Positions 7,581-15,984 of a DNA stretch of 18,745 nt are shown here, one piece after another; the stretch's first letter is position 1; the number at the start of each line of letters is the position of its first letter. The notes beneath the pieces were generated by a model. It was not told the DNA's origin and did no database searches. It worked only from the letters and a program-made list of their open reading frames with translations. Source of the stretch: a virus (Duplodnaviria; Heunggongvirae; Uroviricota; Caudoviricetes); IMG/VR virus record IMGVR_UViG_2563366948_000001, positions 1-18,745 of that record. One strand, written 5' to 3'. The translations under genes were made by a program, and so were the position numbers.

Positions 7581-8174
7581 TTCAGTAGCCAATAATGCAT
7601 TCAAAATCTCTTACTTGAGAAACGGCCTATTTGAGATTTCAGTCGTGGCAGGATGATCAGTTGATTCGAGTATTGACGCATTTGCGTTCGGAGCGATTAC
7701 AGTAGATTGTAAATAATAATGAGAAACACATAGCCACATAGCCACCCCGTGGTATTGAAACCATATAATGTTGGATTTGAAAACAGATCTTTTCCCATGT
7801 ATTAATAACTACATCCCCGCGAGTAATTCAAAAAGGAGGGCCCAATTTTGTCCGAGTTTTTGTATTCCCCCGCATGCCGCTGCGGAGCACTACATCTGAG
7901 TGTCTGACTAGGGGATAAAATTAGACTGGATAGTGAGAAGAAAGTGGCGCGCTAGGCTGTGCCGAGTGCTACCAGTACACCTTGGGGGTGTGCAGCTTTC
8001 GCCGAGACTGTAGTGGGTATCGGTTAATGCACGAAAAACCGAGAGGTCAGACAACCAATTTGCCGTAGGATTGTTTCCGGTGCGATACCGGTCTACTAAC
8101 TGAAAGCAATGCGAAAAAGCATAAACTCGGTCCTTCAGTCGCCCTACACACTATTTACTAAGAAGGGCTGAAGC

Positions 8175-8375
8175 ATGGATACAATTATTACATGGATGGG
8201 AGATCGTCTGTTGGGGGGGACACAAAAATCCGATCTGCGGCAGATGGCGATCACTGGATTAACTTCCGCGATTTGTTCAACAATTTTGTACACTGAAAAA
8301 TTAAAACATGGTGAGCCTATTAACCCAAACGAAGAAGAAAAACTTTATAGGCTTTGGTATGAAGGAAACGCTTGA
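8175..8375 (+). CDS. Small hypothetical protein (66 aa)
   Basis: ORF MDTIITWMGDRLLGG... with GAAGGG Shine-Dalgarno-like motif upstream; no recognisable family. Confidence 0.4.
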   Translation: MDTIITWMGDRLLGGTQKSDLRQMAITGLTSAICSTILYTEKLKHGEPINPNEEEKLYRLWYEGNA

Positions 8376-8581
8376 AAGAATAAAGCACAATTAAAACCTT
8401 TGATTTGCGATAATCAACTTGCCATAATTAAGTAATCGGAGCCTGAACAACTCCGGTGACTTCTGCGCTAAACGGGGACGTTTATGCGCACATACAATCC
8501 AACCTCTCTTCTCCATTCACAGATGCAGAAATGCACCTGCGATATTTTGCATCCAGCGTTTGATCTCTGCGGAGGTGAAGC

Positions 8582-9037
8582 GTGAACCTCCCACAAGATG
8601 GTATCAAATTGCATCGCGGTAACTTCACCGCTATCGGTCGGCAGATCCAGCCTTATCTGGAGGACGGCAAATGCTTTCGTATGGTGCTTAAACCGTGGCG
8701 CGAGAGACGCAGTCTTTCCCAGAATGCACTCAGCCACATGTGGTACAGCGAAATCAGTGAATACCTCATCAGCAGGGGTAAAACGTTCGCCACTCCAGCT
8801 TGGGTAAAAGATGCTCTCAAACACACTTATCTCGGTTATGAAACCAAAGAACTGGTTGATGTCGTAACCGGTGAAATCACCACCATTCAGTCATTACGTC
8901 ATACCTCCAATCTTGATACCGGAGAGATGTATGTCTTCCTGTGTAAGGTTGAAGCCTGGGCGATGAATATTGGCTGCCACCTGACTATTCCGCAGAGCTG
9001 CGAGTTCCAGCTGCTGCGCGACAAGCAGGAGGCGTAA
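8582..9037 (+). CDS. ybcN: NinB-family recombination protein (DLP12 YbcN-like)
   Basis: 151 aa, GTG start with GGAGG Shine-Dalgarno; sequence recognised as YbcN/NinB family ([13 protein letters not shown] motif). Confidence 0.8.
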   Translation: MNLPQDGIKLHRGNFTAIGRQIQPYLEDGKCFRMVLKPWRERRSLSQNALSHMWYSEISEYLISRGKTFATPAWVKDALKHTYLGYETKELVDVVTGEITTIQSLRHTSNLDTGEMYVFLCKVEAWAMNIGCHLTIPQSCEFQLLRDKQEA

Positions 9038-9207
9038 TGGCTACACCGCTTATTCGTGTCATGAACGGACACATCTACAGAGTACCAAATCGTCGTAAGC
9101 GTAAGCCTGAGCTGAAACCATCCGAAATACCAACACTGCTCGGATATACCGCCAGCCTGGTTGATAAAAAATGGTTGCGACTGGCAGCAAGGAGGAATCA
9201 TGGCTGA
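9037..9207 (+). CDS. ninE: NinE-family protein
   Basis: 56 aa [56 protein letters not shown]; start overlaps ybcN stop (TAATG); below track size cutoff. Confidence 0.75.
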   Translation: MATPLIRVMNGHIYRVPNRRKRKPELKPSEIPTLLGYTASLVDKKWLRLAARRNHG

Positions 9208-9490
9208 TTTGAGAAAAGCAGCGCGTGGTCGGGAATGCCAGGTAAGAATCCCTGGCGTATGTAATGGCAACCCTGAAACGTCTGTACTGGCACATATCCG
9301 GCTGACTGGATTGTGCGGCACCGGTACGAAACCGCCAGACCTGATTGCCACCATTGCATGTTCTGCCTGCCACGACGAAATCGACCGCCGCACGCATTTT
9401 GTTGACGCTGGATATGCAAAAGAATGCGCGCTGGAAGGTATGGCGAGAACACAGGTTATCTGGCTGAAAGAGGGGGTTATTAAGGCGTGA
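9200..9490 (+). CDS. ybcO: YbcO-like nin-region protein (Cys-rich, putative metal-binding nuclease-like)
   Basis: 96 aa from ATG at 9200 preceded by AGGAGG; [37 protein letters not shown]...; track ORF extends upstream without a Shine-Dalgarno. Confidence 0.75.
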   Translation: MADLRKAARGRECQVRIPGVCNGNPETSVLAHIRLTGLCGTGTKPPDLIATIACSACHDEIDRRTHFVDAGYAKECALEGMARTQVIWLKEGVIKA

Positions 9491-9849
9491 ATACCTACAG
9501 CATCACATTACCCTGGCCTCCGAGCAATAATCGCTATTACCGCCATAATCGCGGGCGCACGCACGTCAGCGCAGAGGGGCAGGCATACCGCGATAACGTC
9601 GCCCGAATCATTAAAAACGCAATGCTGGATATCGGCCTGGCTATGCCTGTGAAAATCCGCATTGAGTGCCACATGCCGGATCGCCGTCGCCGTGACCTGG
9701 ATAATCTGCAAAAAGCCGCTTTTGACGCACTCACTAAAGCAGGTTTCTGGCTGGATGATGCTCAGGTCGTTGATTACCGCGTTGTGAAGATGCCGGTTGT
9801 CAAAGGTGGAAAGCTGGAGCTGACCATCACTGAACTGGGAGATGAATGA
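9487..9849 (+). CDS. rusA: RusA Holliday-junction resolvase
   Basis: 120 aa [42 protein letters not shown]..., recognised as RusA. Confidence 0.9.
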   Translation: MNTYSITLPWPPSNNRYYRHNRGRTHVSAEGQAYRDNVARIIKNAMLDIGLAMPVKIRIECHMPDRRRRDLDNLQKAAFDALTKAGFWLDDAQVVDYRVVKMPVVKGGKLELTITELGDE

Positions 9850-9986
9850 TGTTTGAGTTTTATATGGCAGAACTTCTTCGCCACCGCTGGGGGCGTCTGC
9901 GCTTATATCGTTTCCCCGGTTCTGTTTTGACCGATTACCGAATACTGAAGAATTACGCCAAAACCCTGACAGGAGCAGGAGTATGA
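9846..9986 (+). CDS. ylcG: YlcG-like small protein
   Basis: 46 aa [46 protein letters not shown]; start overlaps rusA stop. Confidence 0.55.
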   Translation: MMFEFYMAELLRHRWGRLRLYRFPGSVLTDYRILKNYAKTLTGAGV

Positions 9987-10071
9987 AGTCAGAGATAACA
10001 ATCAACTAATACTGTTTCGTTGATTTTTGCTTGTAATTGGCGTTCTGGTCTGATTTTTGTGGAGTAAGTTG

Positions 10072-10455
10072 ATGCGTGATATTCAGATGGTTCTTGAGCG
10101 TTGGGGAGCGTGGGCGGCTAATAATCATGAAGATGTGACCTGGTCGTCCATTGCCGCCGGTTTTAAGGGATTAATTACTTCAAAAGTAAAATCTCGCCCG
10201 CAATGTTGTGACGATGACGCGATGATCATTTGCGGGTGCATGGCCCGTCTGAAAAAGAACAACAGCGATTTGCACGATTTATTAGTAGATTATTATGTAG
10301 TCGGTATGACATTCATGTCACTGGCAGGTAAGCATTGCTGCTCTGATGGTTATATCGGGAAAAGGTTACAGAAGGCTGAGGGCATAATTGAAGGGATGTT
10401 AATGGCATTAGATATCCGGTTAGAGATGGATATCGTTGTTAATAACTCTAATTAA
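10072..10455 (+). CDS. quuD: Late-gene antiterminator Q (DLP12 QuuD / phage-21-type Q)
   Basis: 127 aa [34 protein letters not shown]... with Cys-rich zinc-binding region; GGAG Shine-Dalgarno; track ORF starts at an upstream TTG. Confidence 0.85.
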   Translation: MRDIQMVLERWGAWAANNHEDVTWSSIAAGFKGLITSKVKSRPQCCDDDAMIICGCMARLKKNNSDLHDLLVDYYVVGMTFMSLAGKHCCSDGYIGKRLQKAEGIIEGMLMALDIRLEMDIVVNNSN

Positions 10456-10469
10456 TATGCCAATTGTTT

Positions 10470-10643
10470 ACTAAAAATTATTAAAAATGGGGCGTTGAAA
10501 CGCCCCCAAAAATAAAGGGTAATATATAACAGAAGGTTTATATAGTTAGAAGCAAGGTTGTGCTTCTAAAGGAAGTGGCTTGAGGGAGCCACTTATATGT
10601 TGGGGAGGCAAAGCCTCCCACAACATATCTTTTAGTAATCAAA
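10470..10643 (-). ncRNA. Porin gene 3' UTR with three stem-loops plus terminator; candidate IpeX-like regulatory RNA
   Basis: Hairpins at 10548-10565, 10575-10592 and 10602-10618; terminator hairpin GGGGCG-TTGAAA-CGCCCC (10489-10506) followed on the minus strand by ATTTTTAATAATTTTT; in DLP12, ipeX maps between the nmpC stop and its terminator. Confidence 0.35.
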
Positions 10644-11726
10644 TTAGAACTGGTAAACCATACCTACAGCAACGATATCATCGGTAGCAACGCCAGATGC
10701 TTTCGTGAAATCGCTCTTATCAATCAGGTTGATTTTGTAATCAACAAAAGTGGACATATTTTTGTTGAAGTAATAGGTTGCACCTACATCAATATATTCA
10801 ACCAGGTCCTGATCACCCCACGCACCCAAGTCTTTTCCTTTAGATTGCAGGTAAGCAACGGACGGACGCAGACCGAAGTCGAACTGATATTGTGCAACTA
10901 CTTCGAAGTTTTGTGCTTTGTTGGCAATATGGTTATTACCAAAAACAGTCATGTTCTGGGTTTCAGAATAGGTGGTAGCCAGATAGATGTTGTTCGCATC
11001 ATATTTCAGACCAGCTGCCCATACTTCAGCATTTTGACCAGATGCATTCAGGCTGTTGTTACCGTAGATAACCTGATTATTAGTGCGGTCAGATTTAGCA
11101 TAGGTTGCACCTACACCGAATCCTTCATACTCATAAGTAGTGGAGAAACCGAAACCATCACCATTAGCTTCAGTTACGTCAGTGCGGTCATTTTTACCCT
11201 GATACTGAGCAGCAAAGTTCAGACCATCAACCAGACCAAAGAAGTCGTTGTTACGATAAGTTGCAACACCAGTGGTGCGACCAGTCATGAACACATCTGT
11301 TTGGGTCCAGGTATCGCCACCGAATTCTGGCAGAACGTCAGTCCACGCACCGATGTCGTATGCTACACCGTAGTTACGGCCGTAATCGATTGAGCCGTAG
11401 TCACCGAATTTCAGGCCTGCAAATGCAAGACGGGTTTTGTCTTTGGAGGAACCTTGAGATTCAGCGCGGTTGCCTTTGAATTCATATTCCCACTGACCGA
11501 AACCAGTCAGTTGATCGTTGATTTGGGTTTCACCTTTGAAGCCAAGACGGGCATAAGTAGTATCACCATCATCTGCATCATTAGAGGAGAAGTAGTGCTT
11601 AGCATTAACTTTCCCGTACAGATCCAGCTTGTTACTGTCTTTATTATAAATTTCAGCTGCCTGAGCAGACATCGCCATCAGTACTGATGCAGCTACAGCA
11701 GAAATTGCCACTGTTAATTTTTTCAT
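10644..11726 (-). CDS. nmpC: Phage-encoded general porin (OmpC/OmpF family; NmpC/Lc-like), apparently intact
   Basis: 360 aa with signal peptide [23 protein letters not shown], porin N-terminus [16 protein letters not shown] and C-terminal ...VYQF; sits between Q and the lysis genes on the opposite strand. Confidence 0.9.
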   Translation of the reverse strand: MKKLTVAISAVAASVLMAMSAQAAEIYNKDSNKLDLYGKVNAKHYFSSNDADDGDTTYARLGFKGETQINDQLTGFGQWEYEFKGNRAESQGSSKDKTRLAFAGLKFGDYGSIDYGRNYGVAYDIGAWTDVLPEFGGDTWTQTDVFMTGRTTGVATYRNNDFFGLVDGLNFAAQYQGKNDRTDVTEANGDGFGFSTTYEYEGFGVGATYAKSDRTNNQVIYGNNSLNASGQNAEVWAAGLKYDANNIYLATTYSETQNMTVFGNNHIANKAQNFEVVAQYQFDFGLRPSVAYLQSKGKDLGAWGDQDLVEYIDVGATYYFNKNMSTFVDYKINLIDKSDFTKASGVATDDIVAVGMVYQF

Positions 11727-12154
11727 CGTGAGCCCTTTTTTTTGAACTATTATTAAAAAATGATGTCACTGCGCGATAAATATTCATCTAATCAATGTGA
11801 TTATTTCAAGATGTAAGTTTTGGTTTCTCGTTTGATTTGTGAAGTAGATCTCTATTTTTATCTGAACTTTTTTCTATCGAATCCTATTCATAGCTCTTGG
11901 CTGAATAAAAATAAATCTATTAGCCAATTTATATTAACGGCTGTTATTTATAAGTGCTCTATAATTTGAAGGTTCAATTTAAATCGGCTAAAAATAACAC
12001 TGGAAATTATTTGTTGGTTATTTGTTGAGATTTGCTTATGTATTTGTAGTGGTGTTTTCAATACTCGGTAGCATTCTCGCAAATATCATTTAGTGGTTTA
12101 CGTACGTAAAAAATTGGTTATGCTGTTAAGAGTGGTTACTTCGTCACACAGCTT
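11727..12154 (-). promoter_or_regulatory. AT-rich porin upstream region (promoter or regulator-binding candidate)
   Basis: ~430 bp strongly AT-rich with phased A/T tracts immediately upstream of the porin start; no ORF. Confidence 0.35.
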
Positions 12155-12187
12155 AAACCCGCCGTCGAGCGGGTTTTTCCATTTTTT
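12155..12187 (+). terminator. Candidate intrinsic terminator upstream of the lysis cassette
   Basis: AAACCCGC-CGTCGA-GCGGGTTT hairpin followed by TTCCATTTTTT; position computed from the holin ATG at 12300. Confidence 0.45.
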
Positions 12188-12299
12188 GAGTCTCGATATT
12201 AGCTGATAACCCAATACCTGAGTTATTCACTGACTCCGAGTCTGTTACGTTTCGTAGTATTCCCTCAATTTACACCCGCTTTGTCTGCGAGGTGGGGTT

Positions 12300-12515
12300 A
12301 TGAAATCCATGGATAAGTTAACAACGGGTGTCGCCTATGGCACCTCAGCAGGTAGTGCCGGGTACTGGTTTTTACAGCTGCTAGATAAAGTCACGCCCTC
12401 ACAGTGGGCGGCAATTGGAGTGCTGGGTAGCCTGGTATTTGGCCTGCTGACGTACCTGACAAACCTTTATTTCAAGATTAAAGAAGATAAGCGTAAGGCT
12501 GCGAGAGGTGAATAA
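12300..12515 (+). CDS. essD: Class II pinholin (S21-type) with dual-start motif
   Basis: 71 aa [29 protein letters not shown]...; Met1-Lys-Ser-Met4 dual start typical of S21 antiholin/holin; two TM segments. Confidence 0.9.
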
Positions 12516-13012
12516 TGTCGCCATCATTACGCAAGGCTGTAGCAGCTGCTATTGGTGGTGGGGCTGTTGCCATAGCGTCTGTGCTCATCACTGGTCCGAG
12601 TGGTGACGATGGTCTGGAAGGTGTCAGCTACATACCATATAAAGATATTGTTGGTGTATGGACTGTATGTCACGGGCATACAGGAAAAGACATCATGCTC
12701 GGTAAAACGTATACCAAAGCAGAATGCAAAGCACTCTTGAATAAAGACCTTGCCACTGTCGCCAGACAAATTAACCCGTACATCAAAGTCGATATACCGG
12801 AAACAACGCGCGGCGCTCTTTACTCATTCGTTTACAACGTGGGTGCTGGCAATTTCAGAACATCGACGCTTCTTCGCAAAATAAACCAGGGCGATATCAA
12901 AGGCGCATGTGATCAGCTACGTCGCTGGACATATGCTGGCGGTAAGCAATGGAAAGGTCTCATGACTCGTCGTGAGATTGAGCGTGAAATCTGTTTGTGG
13001 GGTCAGCAATGA
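12515..13012 (+). CDS. rrrD: SAR endolysin (signal-anchor-release lysozyme, R21-type)
   Basis: 165 aa; N-terminal Gly/Ala-rich weakly hydrophobic SAR segment [20 protein letters not shown], then lysozyme domain; start overlaps holin stop. Confidence 0.9.
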   Translation: MSPSLRKAVAAAIGGGAVAIASVLITGPSGDDGLEGVSYIPYKDIVGVWTVCHGHTGKDIMLGKTYTKAECKALLNKDLATVARQINPYIKVDIPETTRGALYSFVYNVGAGNFRTSTLLRKINQGDIKGACDQLRRWTYAGGKQWKGLMTRREIEREICLWGQQ

Positions 13013-13470
13013 ACAGAGTAACCGCGATTATCTCCGCTCTGGTTATCTGCATCATCGTCTGCCTGTCATGGGCTGTTAATCATTACCGTGATAACGCCAT
13101 TACCTACAAAGCCCAGCGCGACAAAAATGCCAGAGAACTGAAGCTGGCGAACGCGGCAATTACTGACATGCAGATGCGTCAGCGTGATGTTGCTGCGCTC
13201 GATGCAAAATACACGAAGGAGTTAGCTGATGCGAAAGCTGAAAATGATGCTCTGCGTGATGATGTTGCCGCTGGTCGTCGTCGGTTGCACATCAAAGCAG
13301 TCTGTCAGTCAGTGCGTGAAGCCACCACCGCCTCCGGCGTGGATAATGCAGCCTCCCCCCGACTGGCAGACACCGCTGAACGGGATTATTTCACCCTCAG
13401 AGAGAGGCTGATCACTATGCAAAAACAACTGGAAGGAACCCAGAAGTATATTAATGAGCAGTGCAGATAG
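13009..13470 (+). CDS. rzpD: Rz i-spanin
   Basis: 153 aa from ATG overlapping the endolysin stop; N-terminal TM segment then coiled-coil-rich periplasmic domain. Confidence 0.85.
   Translation: MNRVTAIISALVICIIVCLSWAVNHYRDNAITYKAQRDKNARELKLANAAITDMQMRQRDVAALDAKYTKELADAKAENDALRDDVAAGRRRLHIKAVCQSVREATTASGVDNAASPRLADTAERDYFTLRERLITMQKQLEGTQKYINEQCR
13229..13411 (+). CDS. rzoD: Rz1 o-spanin (lipoprotein), embedded in +1 frame within Rz
   Basis: 60 aa [23 protein letters not shown]... with lipobox LVVVGC and proline-rich mature region [15 protein letters not shown]; wholly inside Rz. Confidence 0.8.
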   Translation: MRKLKMMLCVMMLPLVVVGCTSKQSVSQCVKPPPPPAWIMQPPPDWQTPLNGIISPSERG

Positions 13471-13501
13471 AGCTGCCCATATCGATGGGCAACTCATGCA
13501 A

Positions 13502-13795
13502 TTATTGTGAGCAATACACACGCGCTTCCAGCGGAGTATAAATGCCTAAAGTAATAAAACCGAGAAATCCATTTACGAATGTTTGCTGGGTTTCTGTTTT
13601 AACAACATTTTCTGCGCCGCCACAAATTTGGGCTGCATCAACAGTTTTCTCCTGTCCAATTCCCGAAACGAAGAAATGATGGGTGATGGTTTCCTTTGGT
13701 GTTACTGCTGTCGGTTTGTTTCCAACAGTAAACGTCTGTTGAGCACATCCTGTAATAAGCATTGCCAGAGCGGCAGAAAACAACATTTTTTTCAT
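13502..13795 (-). CDS. bor: Bor lipoprotein (serum-resistance, lysogenic conversion)
   Basis: 97 aa MKKMLFSAALAMLITGCAQQTFTVGNKPTAVTPKETITHHFFVSGIGQEK..., recognised as Bor; track ORF extends 16 codons upstream. Confidence 0.9.
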   Translation of the reverse strand: MKKMLFSAALAMLITGCAQQTFTVGNKPTAVTPKETITHHFFVSGIGQEKTVDAAQICGGAENVVKTETQQTFVNGFLGFITLGIYTPLEARVYCSQ

Positions 13796-13961
13796 CTTAT
13801 TATCCTGCATTGTTAAAAACGGCAGAATCCTATGTGACAACAATTAAACGATAGTTAAATGGATTGATGAAAATTAAAACTATATAGGTGGATGCTCAGC
13901 CTATTGGAGGAGGGGGGCACTCAGAATCCTGTGGAATGAAATAAACCGCTCTATCTGTCCA

Positions 13962-14186
13962 TTACCCTTTTAGCTGCGCTGTATCGTCGCCGTATTCCCG
14001 CATTAACCATGACCGTAGCCCGACGGGGAATTCCTTCTGCGTGAGTGTGCGGGAATAATCAAAAACGATGCACACCGGGTTTTTACCGCGTTTATGGTTC
14101 GCGGGGGTGTCCCTCATGCTCGCCAGTCCTGTGCGGGGGTGGAAGAAACAGGACGTGTATTCAGGTCTGTGTGACTGTGGTCGCAA
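13962..14186 (-). CDS. Hypothetical protein near the prophage late-region right end (YbcV-like?)
   Basis: 74-aa ORF MRPQSHRPEYTSCFFHPRTGLASMRDTPANHKRG...; weak recollection only. Confidence 0.3.
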   Translation of the reverse strand: MRPQSHRPEYTSCFFHPRTGLASMRDTPANHKRGKNPVCIVFDYSRTLTQKEFPVGLRSWLMREYGDDTAQLKG

Positions 14187-14271
14187 GACTTTTGTCGTTC
14201 AGCTATTAAATCCCATTACGAAGTAGACCAGAACGGCCAACGGGTCCTTTCCGGCGATCCGACAGGTTACG

Positions 14272-14283
14272 GGGCGGCGACCT
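14272..14283. other. cos: cosN cohesive-end sequence GGGCGGCGACCT; cosQ/cosB flank it within about 14200-14460
   Basis: Sequence CAGGTTACG-GGGCGGCGACCT-CGCGGGTTTTCGCTATTTATGAAAATTTTCCGG matches the lambda cos junction; lies 189 nt upstream of the nu1 ATG as in lambda. Confidence 0.85.
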
Positions 14284-14460
14284 CGCGGGTTTTCGCTATT
14301 TATGAAAATTTTCCGGTTTAAGGTGTTTCCGTTCTTCTTCGTCGTAACTTAATGTTTTTATTTAAAATACCCCCTGAAAAGAAAGGAAACGACAGGTGCT
14401 GAAAGCGGGCTTTTTGGCCTTTGTCGTTTCCTTTCTCTGTTTTTGGCCGTGGAATGAACA

Positions 14461-15915
14461 ATGGAAGTCAACAAAAAGCAGCTGGCTGACATTTTCGGTG
14501 CGAGTATCCGTACCATTCAGAACTGGCAGGAACAGGGAATGCCCGTTCTGCGAGGCGGTGGCAAGGGTAATGAGGTGCTTTATGACTCTGCCGCCGTTAT
14601 AAAATGGTATGCCGAAAGGGATGCTGAAATTGAGAACGAAAAGCTGCGCCGGGAGGTTGAAGAACTGCGCCAGGCCAGCGAGGCAGATCTCCAGCCAGGG
14701 ACTATTGAGTACGAACGCCATCGACTTACGCGTGCGCAGGCCGACGCACAGGAACTGAAGAATGCCAGAGACTCAGCTGAAGTGGTGGAAACCGCATTCT
14801 GTACTTTCGTGCTGTCGCGGATCGCAGGTGAAATTGCCAGTATTCTCGACGGGATCCCCCTGTCGGTGCAGCGGCGTTTTCCGGAACTGGAAAACCGACA
14901 TGTTGATTTCCTGAAACGGGATATCATCAAAGCCATGAACAAAGCAGCCGCGCTGGATGAACTGATAACCGAATCCCATCTCGGCAAGGAGCTGCTGGAA
15001 AAAGTCGAGCTGACGGAGGATAACGCCAGCAAACTGGAGGAGTTTTCGAAAGAGTGGCAGGACGCTAACGATAAGTGGAATGCCATGTGGGGCGTCAAAA
15101 TTGAGCAGACCAAAGACGGCAAACATTATGTCGCGGGTATTGGCCTCAGCATGGAGGACACGGAAGAAGGCAAGCTGAGCCAGTTTCTGGTTGCCGCTAA
15201 CCGTATCGCGTTTATTGACCCGGCAAACGGGAATGAAACGCCGATGTTTGTGGCGCAGGGCAATCAGATATTTATGAACGACGTGTTCCTGAAGCGCCTG
15301 ACGGCCCCGACCATTACCAGTGGTGGAAATCCACCGGCATTTTCCCTGACATCAGACGGAAAGCTGACCGCTAAAAATGCGGATATCAGTGGCAGTGTGA
15401 ATGCGAACGCCGGGACGCTCAACAATGTCACGGTAAATGAAAACTGTACGATTAAGGGCATGCTGGAGGCGACTCAGGTCAGAGGTGACTTCGTTAAAGC
15501 TGTATCCAAATCATTCCCGAAACAGGCTGGTACGTGGGGTAATACGGAAACACCAAACGGGACGGTTACAGTCACCATCAGCGATGATCATAACTTTGAC
15601 CGTCAAATCATTATTCCGCCCATTATCTTTAACGGAATAGCGTATAGCGATCCGGGAAGTGGTAATAACCCGGGAGGTACAAGATACACGGGTTATGGTT
15701 TTGAAGTTCGCAAAAACGGTGTATTAATCGCATCCAGAGAAACTAAAGGGGCCATTCCCGGTAGCTACAGTGCGGTTATTGATATGCCGAGTGGCAGGGG
15801 AAGCGTCACTCTGGAGTTTAAGGTTTTCCATAAAGGCAATCAGCGGGCAGGTAATATCACCGACTGTACGGTGATTGTGACCAAAAAAGCCGCTTCCGGC
15901 ATCAGTATTCGTTGA
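14461..15915 (+). CDS. In-frame fusion: terminase small subunit Nu1 (residues 1-169) joined to the C-terminal ~315 residues of tail-tip protein J
   Basis: N-terminus [34 protein letters not shown]...AALDELI is lambda Nu1; from [21 protein letters not shown]... onward it matches the lambda J C-terminal region; single 484-aa ORF. Confidence 0.85.
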   Translation: MEVNKKQLADIFGASIRTIQNWQEQGMPVLRGGGKGNEVLYDSAAVIKWYAERDAEIENEKLRREVEELRQASEADLQPGTIEYERHRLTRAQADAQELKNARDSAEVVETAFCTFVLSRIAGEIASILDGIPLSVQRRFPELENRHVDFLKRDIIKAMNKAAALDELITESHLGKELLEKVELTEDNASKLEEFSKEWQDANDKWNAMWGVKIEQTKDGKHYVAGIGLSMEDTEEGKLSQFLVAANRIAFIDPANGNETPMFVAQGNQIFMNDVFLKRLTAPTITSGGNPPAFSLTSDGKLTAKNADISGSVNANAGTLNNVTVNENCTIKGMLEATQVRGDFVKAVSKSFPKQAGTWGNTETPNGTVTVTISDDHNFDRQIIIPPIIFNGIAYSDPGSGNNPGGTRYTGYGFEVRKNGVLIASRETKGAIPGSYSAVIDMPSGRGSVTLEFKVFHKGNQRAGNITDCTVIVTKKAASGISIR

Positions 15916-15984
15916 AATTGTTATAACCCATATAAGGGCACCAGAAATGGTGCCTTTTTTATTGCAGAAAAGCGAGAGGTAATT

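Noticed and set aside
7583-8174. Retron msr/msd, tRNA or CRISPR interpretation of the ORF-free stretch
   Set aside because: No reverse transcriptase gene adjacent, no tRNA-like T-loop or acceptor features seen, and no regularly spaced direct repeats; left as an unassigned non-coding region.
8468-9452. Minus-strand ORFs (118, 164, 112, 84 aa) across ybcN, ninE and ybcO
   Set aside because: Antisense to a tightly coupled plus-strand gene string with clear Shine-Dalgarno sequences and overlapping start/stop codons.
9508-10005. 165-aa and 65-aa minus-strand ORFs across rusA and ylcG
   Set aside because: Antisense to rusA, which is recognised with confidence; no independent support.
10057-10071. 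Upstream TTG start extending Q by five codons
   Set aside because: The ATG at 10072 has a properly spaced GGAG and gives the 127-aa Q recognised from DLP12; the TTG start lacks a ribosome-binding site.
10845-11687. Plus-strand ORFs (182, 77 aa) inside the porin gene
   Set aside because: Antisense to the porin ORF; low-complexity Ile/Val-rich translation typical of a reverse frame.
14362-15126. Minus-strand ORFs (119, 180, 117 aa) and a 68-aa plus ORF across cos and nu1
   Set aside because: They overlap the cos site and the Nu1 reading frame, which is recognised with confidence; the Ser-rich translation is typical of a reverse frame.
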